A stretch of DNA of 64,000 bases. Source: a virus (Duplodnaviria > Heunggongvirae > Uroviricota > Caudoviricetes). A program made the position numbers and the translations under genes. The notes under the pieces are model-generated. The model saw nothing but the letters and a program-made list of their open reading frames with translations, was not told the DNA's origin and did no database searches. The stretch lies in IMG/VR virus record IMGVR_UViG_3300050821_002507, one strand, 5' to 3'. This document shows, one piece after another, positions 9,114 to 16,091 of the stretch (the stretch's first letter is position 1; each line of letters begins with the position of its first letter).

Positions 9114-9286
9114 TCCCGCCGCCAAGACCCCGGCTGCACTCAGGCCGCGATTACTGGTGCAGTCGGCAGACCGAGCGAGTCGGTCACGGTAGTCCCGGAA
9201 GGGCTGCCATCTAGCATACCGGGGCGTCGCGGTCAATAGCAAAATAAGCAGAGGATTGGAATCCCTATCAAACTGTAAGATTATGC

Positions 9287-9315
9287 TTGACCGTTCGGGC
9301 ATGATAGTGCATTAT
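9287..9315 (+). promoter_or_regulatory. putative sigma70-like promoter for the transposase (leaderless mRNA)
   Basis: TTGACC (9287-9292), 17-nt spacer, CATTAT (9310-9315). ATG at 9323. Confidence 0.35.
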
Positions 9316-9322
9316 CGTGTCC

Positions 9323-10165
9323 ATGAACAAGCTCACCCCAGAAAAGCGCGCCCAAGCCCTCCAAATGATGGCAGAAGGCATATCCCTGCGGGCCACCACG
9401 CGGTTGACCGGCATTAGTCGGACCACGCTGCTGAAGCTCCTAGAGGATGCCGGGCAGGCGTTCTCCGAATATCAAGACCGCGCGCTTGTTAACCTGCCGT
9501 GCAAGCGCATTCAGGTCGATGAGGCATGGGCTTTTTGCTATGCAAAGCAAAAGAACGTCCCGACCGCGAAGGCTGCCCCTGACGGTGCCGGCGATATCTG
9601 GACATGGGTTGGCATCGATGCCGACACGAAGCTTGTCGCGTCTTGGTATGTCGGCAATCGCGATAGCGAAGCCGCCATGACGTTCATGGACGATCTGGCC
9701 CCAAGGCTTGCTTCCCGCGTTCAACTCACCAGCGACGGCCACAAGCCCTACCTAGAGGCCGTTGAGGGCGCCTTTGGCGGCGATATCGACTTTGCGGTTT
9801 TGGTGAAGATTTACGGTGCGGCCCCGGAAGGCCAGCGCCGCTACAGCCCGGCCATCTGCACCGGAGCGAAAAAGTATCGCGTCGAAGGAAACCCCGATCC
9901 GGCGCATGTCAGTACGTCCTACGTTGAGCGCCAAAACCTGAATATCAGGATGGGCAATCGTCGCATGACGCGACTCACGAATGCCTTTTCAAAGAAGGCC
10001 GAAAATCACGCGCACATGATGGCGATCTACTTCATGCACTACAATTTTGTGCGTATCCATCAGACCTTGAAGGTCACCCCGGCGATGGCCGCTGGCGTCA
10101 CGCCCAAGCTTTGGGAAATGGCCGACTTGGTGAAGGTGCTGGAGGATTGGGAAGCCATTCAATGA
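9323..10165 (+). CDS. IS1/IS1595-family DDE transposase with an N-terminal HTH
   Basis: DEAW...GIDADTKL...TSDGHKPY...NPDPAHVSTSYVERQNLNIRMGNRRMTRLTNAFSKK..NH...YFMHYNFVRIHQTL is typical of IS1595/IS1 DDE domains. GTG at 9317 is an alternative start. A TTGACC-N17-CATTAT promoter would give a leaderless mRNA. Confidence 0.65.
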   Translation: MNKLTPEKRAQALQMMAEGISLRATTRLTGISRTTLLKLLEDAGQAFSEYQDRALVNLPCKRIQVDEAWAFCYAKQKNVPTAKAAPDGAGDIWTWVGIDADTKLVASWYVGNRDSEAAMTFMDDLAPRLASRVQLTSDGHKPYLEAVEGAFGGDIDFAVLVKIYGAAPEGQRRYSPAICTGAKKYRVEGNPDPAHVSTSYVERQNLNIRMGNRRMTRLTNAFSKKAENHAHMMAIYFMHYNFVRIHQTLKVTPAMAAGVTPKLWEMADLVKVLEDWEAIQ

Positions 10166-10311
10166 GCACCAAGACCGAAATCGGATGCTGGGCATTCGCC
10201 GCCCCAATTGTGGTCGCTGGCTGGCTTCTTGGCGTGCTTTTACTCTACGGCATAGTTGTTATCATTTTCCGATATGCGTTCGGCGTCGAATTGTGGAACC
10301 CGTTCCATTGA
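10162..10311 (+). CDS. small single-TM membrane protein (49 aa)
   Basis: ATGA overlap with the transposase stop. Hydrophobic core IVVAGWLLGVLLLYGIVVIIF. Confidence 0.4.
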   Translation: MSTKTEIGCWAFAAPIVVAGWLLGVLLLYGIVVIIFRYAFGVELWNPFH

Positions 10312-10327
10312 GCGCCACAACGACATA

Positions 10328-10564
10328 ATGGAGTCCGTTATGGGCCGAAAAACTTCGCTAGTTGACCTAATCGCCACGCAAGAACCAGAAACAACTGCGA
10401 AAGGTGAAACCGTAGTGGTGACAGCGCCTGTAATCGTTGCCGGTAGGCCAGACGCTCCCGGTCAAGTTCGTCTAACACTGACGATTGAACAGGCCGAATA
10501 TCTGGCAGCTCAGATTCAACCCGTTCTTCGAATAGCTCGCGGAAATGCTCGGCAAAAGAGATAG
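10328..10564 (+). CDS. hypothetical protein (alternative: antisense ORF 10338..10568 on - strand)
   Basis: Two mutually exclusive small ORFs. Neither has a strong RBS. Both translations look protein-like. Confidence 0.25.
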   Translation: MESVMGRKTSLVDLIATQEPETTAKGETVVVTAPVIVAGRPDAPGQVRLTLTIEQAEYLAAQIQPVLRIARGNARQKR

Positions 10565-10596
10565 TCATGTGAGACTTCGCCTTTCAAACTGTACCA

Positions 10597-10935
10597 CTAC
10601 CGCATGGAGTTAGACCGGGAGGCTTGCAAGCGATCCCATTGTCTACTGAACCTCTCTGGCCCCGAGCGCGGACCATGGATTTTCGCTCGGTTTCTCCCAT
10701 TAGGAGCCGGTCTCCGTGACCGATAAAGCCTTTGAGGACTTCGACCGTCTAACCCCGTGTCAAGGTCTCCTTCAATGGCTTTAACCGCAAGTGCCACAGA
10801 ATGTGGGATAGGCGTCTGCCCGGTCACATATCGCCAGATCGTGACCGGGTCGAGGTGTAATGCGCGGGCGAGAGGCGCTTTCCACTTGCGACCGTAAAGC
10901 TTCCGCCCGATTCGCTCGAACTCAGTAGGCGTCAT
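10597..10935 (-). CDS. putative Cro/YdaS-like HTH regulator
   Basis: N-terminal FERIGRKLYGRKWKAPLARALHLDPVTIWRYVTGQTPIPHSVALAVKAIE is HTH-like. 4-nt overlap with rsr upstream. Confidence 0.45.
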   Translation of the reverse strand: MTPTEFERIGRKLYGRKWKAPLARALHLDPVTIWRYVTGQTPIPHSVALAVKAIEGDLDTGLDGRSPQRLYRSRRPAPNGRNRAKIHGPRSGPERFSRQWDRLQASRSNSMR

Positions 10936-12512
10936 CCACGTACGAAGTCCGCAATGACGGCCGGCGCCGAAGCGTCAAAGCCCACACAATCCAGCATCCC
11001 GGCATCGGTTGGATCCGCGATCGAGAATCCCGTGCTGGTGAATCCAATCACGACGAGCTTTGCATTGATACCCGTCTTGTTCCGATAGTCCTGCAATGCA
11101 ATGACCGGGTGAACTGCGCCCGCCCAACATTCGTTGTCAGTTTGCACGACAAAGGTGTCCACTTTCAGATCGTTACGAAGTGCATACAGCATCGGCAACG
11201 AGCAGTCTGTGCCGCCGCCGTTGATGTCGGACGTTTTCTCCGTGACGGTCGCAAGCGACATCTTGGCTGTGATGCCGAGGTCTCTCATCCCGTGGTCGAA
11301 GGCGAGGACATGCCAGTTATTTTCGGTTCGCATGGTGACCATCGCCATTGCGGCTGAGGCTTCAGCGACCGTCAGAGACGACCCCATGAACGGAGAGCAC
11401 ATGGAACCAGACACATCCAACCCAATTAGGGTACGCTTCCCGGTTGGCTCCACGTTCTGGAACGCCAGATAGAACGCATTGTCCAGCGCGTCGAGGATCG
11501 TCGGCACCGGCTCCCATTTGAGCGCACCTTTCACGCCGTGTCCGCTACGGTAGACTGCCAAAGCTTGGAGCACGTTGAACGGGTGAACACGCGACTTGCG
11601 GATTTCCTCCCCGAGAGACAGGCGGTTTACGACAAGAGCCGTATCGTCACTCAGCGGCTTCAGTGCACCGATGGAAGTCATCTTGCCCAGGTTGCGAATC
11701 AGTGCCGTGAGGCCAAGATTCGGCAGCATGGCGGACCATACCTTGGGATTCGTCGTGGCCTCAGTCGGGATCGCCTCCCATGGGAGGTTGTATTCGCGAA
11801 TCACGGCAAGAAGCTCAGACTCGTCATTGGTCTGCATGGCATAACGGTGGGCCTGAAGAATTCCCGGTACACCGAGAGGATCGAAATCCTTCCCGCAGAT
11901 CCAGTTGTAAAGCGCCGCCTTCTCCGGAGTTCCGTCAGACTTCGGGTGCGCGCTCTGAAGCATACGCTTATGGGTGTAGTTCTCCCGTGCACGGTATTTG
12001 ATGGCTTGATACGCCAGCTTGTCGGCGCTCTTTGATTCGTACCACCTTGCAACGGCCCGCTTGAGCGTGCGGCCCCATCCACGCTTGAGAGCGCGAACGG
12101 TATCAACGAACTGGAACAGGTGAGTCGAGGTGCGGCAGACCAGCGGGAGAGCGTTCAGCGCAAGTCTGCGAACGTTGACATCCGCATGAACGGCACCGAG
12201 AGCCAGCGCAAAGATGGCCGGATCATTCTTTGGTGCGCGGCCGGATTCGGAGATATTCACGATAACTGCCACGGTTCGCTCGGCATCCAAGCCGTAGCAG
12301 CGCTCGACGCACTTCGCGTTCTCGCGGGTGAGTGCCTTGGCGTTCTGATAAAAAGTGTTGGAGTCCGATCCTAGAATCAGGAATCGGTCTAAGCGCGTCC
12401 AGTCAGACACGGCAAAGACGAAGCCCTTCGCGTTGTTGAGGACTTGCCGCTCGTTCAGCGGCTCAGTCTGCGGGATCGGCGCGGTCGCAAGGCGTGCGTA
12501 TCTGGACATCAT
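10932..12512 (-). CDS. rsr: Ro60/Rsr orthologue (TROVE domain + C-terminal vWA/MIDAS)
   Basis: PLNERQVLNNAKGFVFAVSDWTRLDRFLILGSDSNTFY, LTALIRNLGKMT, RVHPFNVLQALAVYRSGHGVKGALKWEP...FQNVEPTGKRTLIGLDVSGSM and GGGTDCSLPMLYA are collinear with human Ro60 motifs. GAGGAGAG RBS before the ATG at 12512. The ORF track extends to a TTG at 12527. Confidence 0.93.
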   Translation of the reverse strand: MMSRYARLATAPIPQTEPLNERQVLNNAKGFVFAVSDWTRLDRFLILGSDSNTFYQNAKALTRENAKCVERCYGLDAERTVAVIVNISESGRAPKNDPAIFALALGAVHADVNVRRLALNALPLVCRTSTHLFQFVDTVRALKRGWGRTLKRAVARWYESKSADKLAYQAIKYRARENYTHKRMLQSAHPKSDGTPEKAALYNWICGKDFDPLGVPGILQAHRYAMQTNDESELLAVIREYNLPWEAIPTEATTNPKVWSAMLPNLGLTALIRNLGKMTSIGALKPLSDDTALVVNRLSLGEEIRKSRVHPFNVLQALAVYRSGHGVKGALKWEPVPTILDALDNAFYLAFQNVEPTGKRTLIGLDVSGSMCSPFMGSSLTVAEASAAMAMVTMRTENNWHVLAFDHGMRDLGITAKMSLATVTEKTSDINGGGTDCSLPMLYALRNDLKVDTFVVQTDNECWAGAVHPVIALQDYRNKTGINAKLVVIGFTSTGFSIADPTDAGMLDCVGFDASAPAVIADFVRG

Positions 12513-12523
12513 TCTCTCCTCTG

Positions 12524-12563
12524 CCAATATCGTTAGAGAACACAGGCTCTACAACGATATTGG
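12524..12563 (-). promoter_or_regulatory. stable imperfect hairpin between the Y-RNA-like element and the rsr RBS (possible processing site; no U-tract)
   Basis: CCAATATCG/CGATATTGG 9-bp stem plus TAGAG/CTCTA inner stem with an 8-nt loop, directly upstream of GAGGAGAG-ATG. Confidence 0.4.
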
Positions 12564-12720
12564 CAGATAGACGGAAACGAATGAGGATCGGTGTTTTGGC
12601 GGCTGCTCTAACCACTGAGCTATTCTAACTTGCGTCAGAAGTTGGATTCGAACCAACGACCCGCTGCTTATGATAACCGAATACCTCCGGGGCTCGCTTC
12701 CTCCTATCTGCCGTTTAACG
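12556..12720 (-). ncRNA. putative Y RNA (YrlA-like): circularly permuted tRNA-like module closed by a long terminal stem
   Basis: On the minus strand the order is terminal stem GGCAGATAG (12704-12712), T-arm CGTTGG-TTCGAAT-CCAACG, acceptor 3' TTCTGAC, loop, acceptor 5' GTTAGAA, D-arm TAGCTCAGTGGTTAGAGC, then GCCGCC and the partner CTATCTGCC (12562-12570). It sits adjacent to rsr on the same strand. Confidence 0.55.
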
Positions 12721-12754
12721 AGCCGAACATAAAGCGGACATGGGGTGTGGTGCC

Positions 12755-12782
12755 CAAGGGCACCTTCCGTTTCAAGTGGATA
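12755..12782 (+). terminator. possible plus-strand intrinsic terminator
   Basis: GGTGCCCAAGGGCACC hairpin followed by TTCCGTTTC, the same tail as the terminator at 3633..3678. There is no obvious plus-strand gene upstream. Confidence 0.3.
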
Positions 12783-12893
12783 ACCCACGATCCTGGGGCT
12801 CGGCCCCTATTCATACTGCCCGAACGTAGCGTGGCGAGGATAGCAGTTCTATTGCCAGATAAGCTAACCTCTAGGGCTCGGGCATTGACGAGG

Positions 12894-12922
12894 TGTATAA
12901 TATGTGCCATTACGTTTTGCAA
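12894..12922 (-). promoter_or_regulatory. putative sigma70-like promoter reading toward the Y RNA and rsr; the same spot carries a plus-strand TGTATAAT extended -10
   Basis: Minus strand: TTGCAA (12917-12922), 17-nt spacer, TATACA (12894-12899). Plus strand: TGTATAAT at 12894-12901. Confidence 0.35.
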
Positions 12923-12960
12923 GAGGAATATCGCGAGGGATAATCGGGCCGTATGGATGA

Positions 12961-13034
12961 TGGCGAAAGTGGAAGGTGTCGAACCCTCGTTTTCGGTTTT
13001 GGAGACCGACGTTCTACCGTTGAACTACACTCCC
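12961..13034 (-). tRNA. tRNA-Trp (anticodon CCA)
   Basis: Manual cloverleaf: GGGAGTG acceptor, D-arm GTTC/AACGGTA/GAAC, anticodon loop CTCCAAA, T-arm GAGGG-TTCGACA-CCTTC, CCA encoded. Confidence 0.7.
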
Positions 13035-13035
13035 G

Positions 13036-13107
13036 TACAGACGGGTGGAGTCGAGCCACAACTTGCGCGCGGTTCACAGCCGGCGCCCCAAGCCCTTGGT
13101 CGTCTGC
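13036..13107 (-). tRNA. tRNA-like element, degenerate (possible His GTG anticodon in an extended bulged stem; abnormal D region)
   Basis: 7-bp acceptor GCAGACG/CGTCTGT, T-arm GTGG-CTCGACT-CCAC, loop CTGTGAA with GTG. The D-arm collapses to the CCAAGGGCTTGG palindrome. It lies between tRNA-Met and tRNA-Trp. Confidence 0.3.
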
Positions 13108-13111
13108 GTAT

Positions 13112-13190
13112 TGGTAGCGGTGGCTGGCTACGATCCAGCGTTCTCCGGTTTATGGGACCGGCGCTTTAGTCCAAGCTAAGCTACACCGCC
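13112..13190 (-). tRNA. tRNA-Met (anticodon CAT) with an unusual T-loop ATCGTAG
   Basis: GGCGGTG acceptor, D-arm GCTT/AAGC, anticodon stem CCGGT/ACCGG with loop CCCATAA, T-arm GCTGG-ATCGTAG-CCAGC, CCA encoded. Confidence 0.6.
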
Positions 13191-13267
13191 ATATTGGCAA
13201 CGGGCGTTGAAAGTCGAATCAACATCCTAAGTTTCAAAGACTTAGTACCTGACCACAGGAACCCGCC

Positions 13268-13510
13268 ATGAGTCGAATTGTCGTATGGAACGAGCCGCTC
13301 TGTCTTGATGAGGGCCATGTGTTAAATTCTGTAGTACGAGCAACCGAGGAAGATATTGTTCACTTGATGCAGCATAATTTCCCAGAAAGAGCTTATTCTT
13401 ACGACGACGCGCTGGACGACTTTATGGTAGTCCATTGGGCGTGGTTTGAGGAAGTGGTGCCTCCTGACGGTACCGCCACGCTCACTACGGAACAGCGCCG
13501 TGAGAAGTGA
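13268..13510 (+). CDS. hypothetical protein
   Basis: 80-aa ORF, ACAGGAACC upstream. Acidic and Trp-rich. Confidence 0.45.
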   Translation: MSRIVVWNEPLCLDEGHVLNSVVRATEEDIVHLMQHNFPERAYSYDDALDDFMVVHWAWFEEVVPPDGTATLTTEQRREK

Positions 13511-13529
13511 ATTAAACCGCGAAACGGTA

Positions 13530-13607
13530 TGGAGCCGCCAGCGGGAATCCAACCCGCGATGTTCGGGAGTGAAGGTCCCGCACCCTTGGCACCCAGGCGA
13601 TGGCGGC
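13530..13607 (-). tRNA. tRNA-Glu-like (anticodon TTC) with C at position 33 and an extra nucleotide between the D and anticodon stems
   Basis: Perfect acceptor GCCGCCA/TGGCGGC, T-arm GCGGG-TTGGATT-CCCGC, anticodon stem CGGGA/TCCCG with loop CCTTCAC, CCA encoded. 78 nt. Confidence 0.45.
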
Positions 13608-13683
13608 AGATTTAGGCCCTTGACTTTCTTAACCGTATAGCATATTTCCCGTTTAGCCAATTCCGGCCATACAGGATTATGCT

Positions 13684-14436
13684 ATGACCAAAAAGACCAA
13701 AACCGCTGAAAATACGCTTGTTACCTTCTTGCTCGACCGCTCCGGATCAATGGGTTCGTGCCGCGAATCAACCATCGAGGCGTTCAACGGCTATATCGAA
13801 TCCCTCCGCACGGCGCCGGTCTCATTCACCTTCCTCCAGTTTGATTCGGAGTCGCTGGATAAGGTCCATTTCGAGAAGCCCATCAAAGATGTCCCGGACC
13901 TCAGCATGGCGACCTACCAGCCACGGGGCGGAACCCCCCTGATCGAGGCGGCAACCAAGACCATCCAGGCGCTCGAAACCGCCCTCAAGGCCAAGACCGA
14001 GAAGCCGAAGGTCGTCGTCTGCATTCAGACTGACGGCGAGGAGAACCAAAGCGGCCGAGAATATACGTGGCAGGCGCTTAAGGATCTCATCGCAGCCAAG
14101 ACCGCCGAAGGCTGGCAGTTCAACTTCATGGGCGCCGGCATCGACGCTTACGACCAAGGATCGAAGATGGGCATCTCGGCGGCGGCAACCATGAGCTACG
14201 ATAGCACCGACAAAGTTGCGACTCGTGCTGCTTTCGCCGCCAGCGGTCACAATACGATGTTGTACGCATCGGGATTTGCTGCATCAACGGATTATTCCGC
14301 ATTGCAGAAAATGGCTTCGGGCGACAAGTTCGATCCCAACCTCAAGATACCCACTCTCAAGCCGGTGAAGGTGTCTTCTTCGGTGAAGCTTGACCTTGGC
14401 GGCAAGAAGTCTAGCGGGCTCGACCTGACACAGTGA
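13684..14436 (+). CDS. von Willebrand factor type A (vWA) domain protein
   Basis: MIDAS residues DRSGSM, GGT and TDGEEN. ATG preceded by AGGATTATGCT. Confidence 0.7.
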   Translation: MTKKTKTAENTLVTFLLDRSGSMGSCRESTIEAFNGYIESLRTAPVSFTFLQFDSESLDKVHFEKPIKDVPDLSMATYQPRGGTPLIEAATKTIQALETALKAKTEKPKVVVCIQTDGEENQSGREYTWQALKDLIAAKTAEGWQFNFMGAGIDAYDQGSKMGISAAATMSYDSTDKVATRAAFAASGHNTMLYASGFAASTDYSALQKMASGDKFDPNLKIPTLKPVKVSSSVKLDLGGKKSSGLDLTQ

Positions 14437-14702
14437 CCAGACGCGACCGCTACGACTCTGAGTTCGGTGCCTCGGTGAGCCAAGCGCTTGCCGAGGCAAA
14501 GATCAATCAGGCCGAACTCGCCGTGCGATCCGGAATGTCGCCGTCATACCTCAATCAGACCATGACCGGGAGAAAGCATATCCCAACCAAGTGGATCGAC
14601 GTTGTTGCGGAATCTCTCGGTCTACAAGATGCACAGCGAAAGCGGCTGCACCTCGCCGCCGCAAAGGATGCCGGGTACGATATCGACTTGACGAAGGAAT
14701 GA
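14433..14702 (+). CDS. XRE-family HTH DNA-binding protein
   Basis: INQAELAVRSGMSPSYLNQTMTGRK is a classic HTH_XRE. GTG start overlapping the vWA gene stop. Confidence 0.6.
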   Translation: MTRRDRYDSEFGASVSQALAEAKINQAELAVRSGMSPSYLNQTMTGRKHIPTKWIDVVAESLGLQDAQRKRLHLAAAKDAGYDIDLTKE

Positions 14703-14776
14703 TGGAGCGGAGTGAGAGAATCAGACTCTCGTCTTTGGTTTGGAAGACCACTGCTCTGTCATTGAGCTAACCCCGC
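14703..14776 (-). tRNA. tRNA-Gly (anticodon TCC), non-canonical D-loop (AATGACA) and T-loop (TCTGATT)
   Basis: Acceptor GCGGGGT/ACTCCGC, anticodon loop CTTCCAA, T-arm GAGAG-TCTGATT-CTCTC, CCA encoded. Confidence 0.55.
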
Positions 14777-14777
14777 G

Positions 14778-14865
14778 TGGCGGAAGCAGGAGGATTTGAA
14801 CCTCCGGTACCGTTAGGTACTTCGGTTTAGCAAACCGATGCAATAGGCCACTCTGCCATGCTTCC
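14778..14865 (-). tRNA. tRNA-Ser (anticodon GCT), class II
   Basis: GGAAGCA/TGCTTCC acceptor, 3-bp D-stem, loop TTGCTAA, long variable hairpin GTACC..GGTAC, T-arm GGAGG-TTCAAAT-CCTCC, CCA encoded. Confidence 0.8.
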
Positions 14866-14870
14866 GTTAG

Positions 14871-14947
14871 TGGCGATCCCGGCAAGACTCTAACTTGCGA
14901 CAACCGGTTTAGGAAACCAGTGCTCTATACATCTGAGCTACGGGACC
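14871..14947 (-). tRNA. tRNA-Arg (anticodon CCT)
   Basis: Acceptor GGTCCCG/CGGGATC, anticodon loop TTCCTAA, T-arm GCAAG-TTAGAGT-CTTGC (A56), D-loop lacks GG. CCA encoded. Confidence 0.6.
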
Positions 14948-14952
14948 GTGAT

Positions 14953-15028
14953 TGGAGACCCAGGCGTGAATCGAACACGCGACCTCTTGCTTAGAAGGCA
15001 AAGACTCTTTCCACTGAGTTACTGGGCC
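14953..15028 (-). tRNA. tRNA-Arg (anticodon TCT)
   Basis: Canonical: GGCCCAG acceptor, D-arm ACTC/AGTGGAAA/GAGT, loop CTTCTAA, T-arm GCGTG-TTCGATT-CACGC, CCA encoded. Confidence 0.8.
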
Positions 15029-15029
15029 G

Positions 15030-15278
15030 TTACCAAAAGTAGTTATGCGGCTTCTTGCTAACCGGCCAAGTCGCGTTGTCCGCGTCGATCTTGCCCAGCA
15101 AAACCGCTCTAGTCGTCTCCATGGCGCGGCGACGATGCGGTCTACGGTGAAACACGATGTCCCACCACGCAGGCCAGTTGTTCAGCCAGCGATACTCGTT
15201 GCCAAACTCTTTTGCACGCCATTTGTCGAAGCGATTGCCGCGCACTCTCGTCCGCGACCGCTTGCGTTTGTGGTTCAT
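15030..15278 (-). CDS. hypothetical basic Trp-rich protein embedded in the tRNA array
   Basis: 82 aa, MNHKRKRSRTRVRGNRFDKWRAKEFGNEYRWLNNWPAWWD. Its stop abuts the tRNA-Arg 5' end. AAGGTG close to the ATG. Confidence 0.35.
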   Translation of the reverse strand: MNHKRKRSRTRVRGNRFDKWRAKEFGNEYRWLNNWPAWWDIVFHRRPHRRRAMETTRAVLLGKIDADNATWPVSKKPHNYFW

Positions 15279-15334
15279 GACACCTTAGCTCCATGTTGGT
15301 CACTAACGTGTCATGGTCGGATCCTTTCAAGGGT

Positions 15335-15410
15335 TGGAGTAGCAGGCCGGTGCCTACCCGGCTCAATAGCGGTTTTGCAGACCGCCGCGTTCACGTTTCG
15401 CCACTGCTAC
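15335..15410 (-). tRNA. tRNA-Cys-like (anticodon GCA) with a non-canonical T-loop (GTAGGCA) and a D-loop lacking GG
   Basis: Perfect 7-bp acceptor GTAGCAG/CTGCTAC, canonical anticodon arm GCGGT-CTGCAAA-ACCGC, T-stem GCCGG/CCGGC, CCA encoded. 76 nt. Confidence 0.45.
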
Positions 15411-15540
15411 GTTAAGGCTCGGCCAAGGGTCCCTTCGGTCTTTTCCCCGGCTGGGGTAAAGCACTAGGCGTTTCCGGTTTCCCTATGCGCGCCACGCCAC
15501 GGCGCCGGCTCTGCCTGGGTGGTTGATAGCATATCGTGAA
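15411..15540 (-). other. GC-rich structured non-coding segment of unknown function inside the tRNA array
   Basis: Multiple hairpins (CCCCAGCCGGGG, GGCGCCGTGGCGTGGCGCGC). No ORF and no tRNA fold found. Lies between tRNA-Gln and the tRNA-Cys-like gene. Confidence 0.3.
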
Positions 15541-15616
15541 TGGCAGGGGAAGAGAGGATCGAACTCCCGACATCGGCGTCCAGAGCGCCGCGCTACTACC
15601 GCTGAGCTATTCCCCA
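15541..15616 (-). tRNA. tRNA-Gln (anticodon CTG)
   Basis: Acceptor TGGGGAA/TTCCCCT (U1-U72 terminal mismatch), D-arm GCTC/AGCGGTAG, anticodon stem CGGCG/CGCCG with loop CTCTGGA, T-arm GGGAG-TTCGATC-CTCTC, CCA encoded. Confidence 0.65.
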
Positions 15617-15623
15617 TCAAAGA

Positions 15624-15698
15624 TGGTCGGGGCACGGCGATTCGAACGCCGGACCTCACGCTTCCAAAGCGCGAACTCTACCGCTGAGCTATACCCCG
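15624..15698 (-). tRNA. tRNA-Pro (anticodon TGG)
   Basis: Canonical: CGGGGTA acceptor, D-arm GCTC/AGCGGTA/GAGT, loop TTTGGAA, T-arm CGGCG-TTCGAAT-CGCCG, CCA encoded. Confidence 0.8.
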
Positions 15699-15834
15699 TT
15701 GATTCCGTCTAAATTATGTGAGACACTAACCGCGTCCAAATCTCTATCTCAAACGCAAGGAGTACACGCCCCAAAAACGCACCGCAAGTCCTAGTCAGGG
15801 CGGCCGGGCGCGAACCACGTCCGGCCGCAATAAT

Positions 15835-15852
15835 GTGGCGATCCCGGCAAGA
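15835..15852 (+). repeat. 18-nt direct repeat of the 3' end of tRNA-Arg(CCT) (gtggcgatcccggcaaga); first copy at 14869..14886
   Basis: Exact 18-mer present twice about 950 bp apart. The second copy is not part of a tRNA fold. Confidence 0.6.
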
Positions 15853-15863
15853 GGGCTACCGAA

Positions 15864-16055
15864 ATGAGCAACAAGATTACTACCGGACCAGAAATTGCGT
15901 TGGCGCTTGCGATGCGGGCTGGACTGGAAGGCGTTGCCTTCTCCCAGGTGTCTATGGGACACTGGACCCCAGAGTTTTATGCAGAGAGATGTCGCGTCAT
16001 TAAGGATAAATGGCGACCCACCGAGGAATCGAACCCCGAACCATCAGATTCGTAG
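15864..16055 (+). CDS. small ORF of doubtful validity (its 3' end overlaps tRNA-Arg(ACG) on the opposite strand)
   Basis: 63-aa ORF with an AAGAGGG RBS. 45-nt overlap with the tRNA at 16011..16087. Confidence 0.2.
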   Translation: MSNKITTGPEIALALAMRAGLEGVAFSQVSMGHWTPEFYAERCRVIKDKWRPTEESNPEPSDS

Positions 16056-16087
16056 TCTGGCGCTCTGTCCATTTGAGCTAGTGGGCC
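16011..16087 (-). tRNA. tRNA-Arg (anticodon ACG)
   Basis: Canonical: GGCCCAC acceptor, D-arm GCTC/AAATGGACA/GAGC, loop CTACGAA, T-arm CGGGG-TTCGATT-CCTCG, CCA encoded. Confidence 0.8.
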
Positions 16088-16091
16088 GTAA

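Noticed and set aside
8328-9302. 324-aa ORF on the minus strand
   Set aside because: It is antisense to two well-supported plus-strand genes (8325..8573 and the HARE-HTH gene 8646..9113). Its composition is a typical high-GC reverse-frame artefact with no motifs.
12528-13267. CRISPR array or other direct-repeat array in the RNA-rich gap
   Set aside because: No regularly spaced repeats. The periodicity seen comes from tRNA T-arm similarity.
15045-15467. 140-aa plus-strand ORF
   Set aside because: It is antisense to the small basic ORF and runs through the tRNA-Cys-like gene. Its composition is not protein-like.
15300-15540. Possible tmRNA or RNase P RNA in the structured gap
   Set aside because: No tag reading frame (ANDENYALAA-like), no tmRNA tRNA-like 3' end, and it is too short for RNase P RNA. 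Part of it (15335..15410) resolves instead as a tRNA-Cys-like gene.
14869-15852. Interpreting the 18-nt repeats as prophage attL/attR
   Set aside because: The repeats are only 950 bp apart and the bounded segment has no integrase. An internal duplication or recombination scar is more plausible. Kept as a finding, but not called a mobile element.
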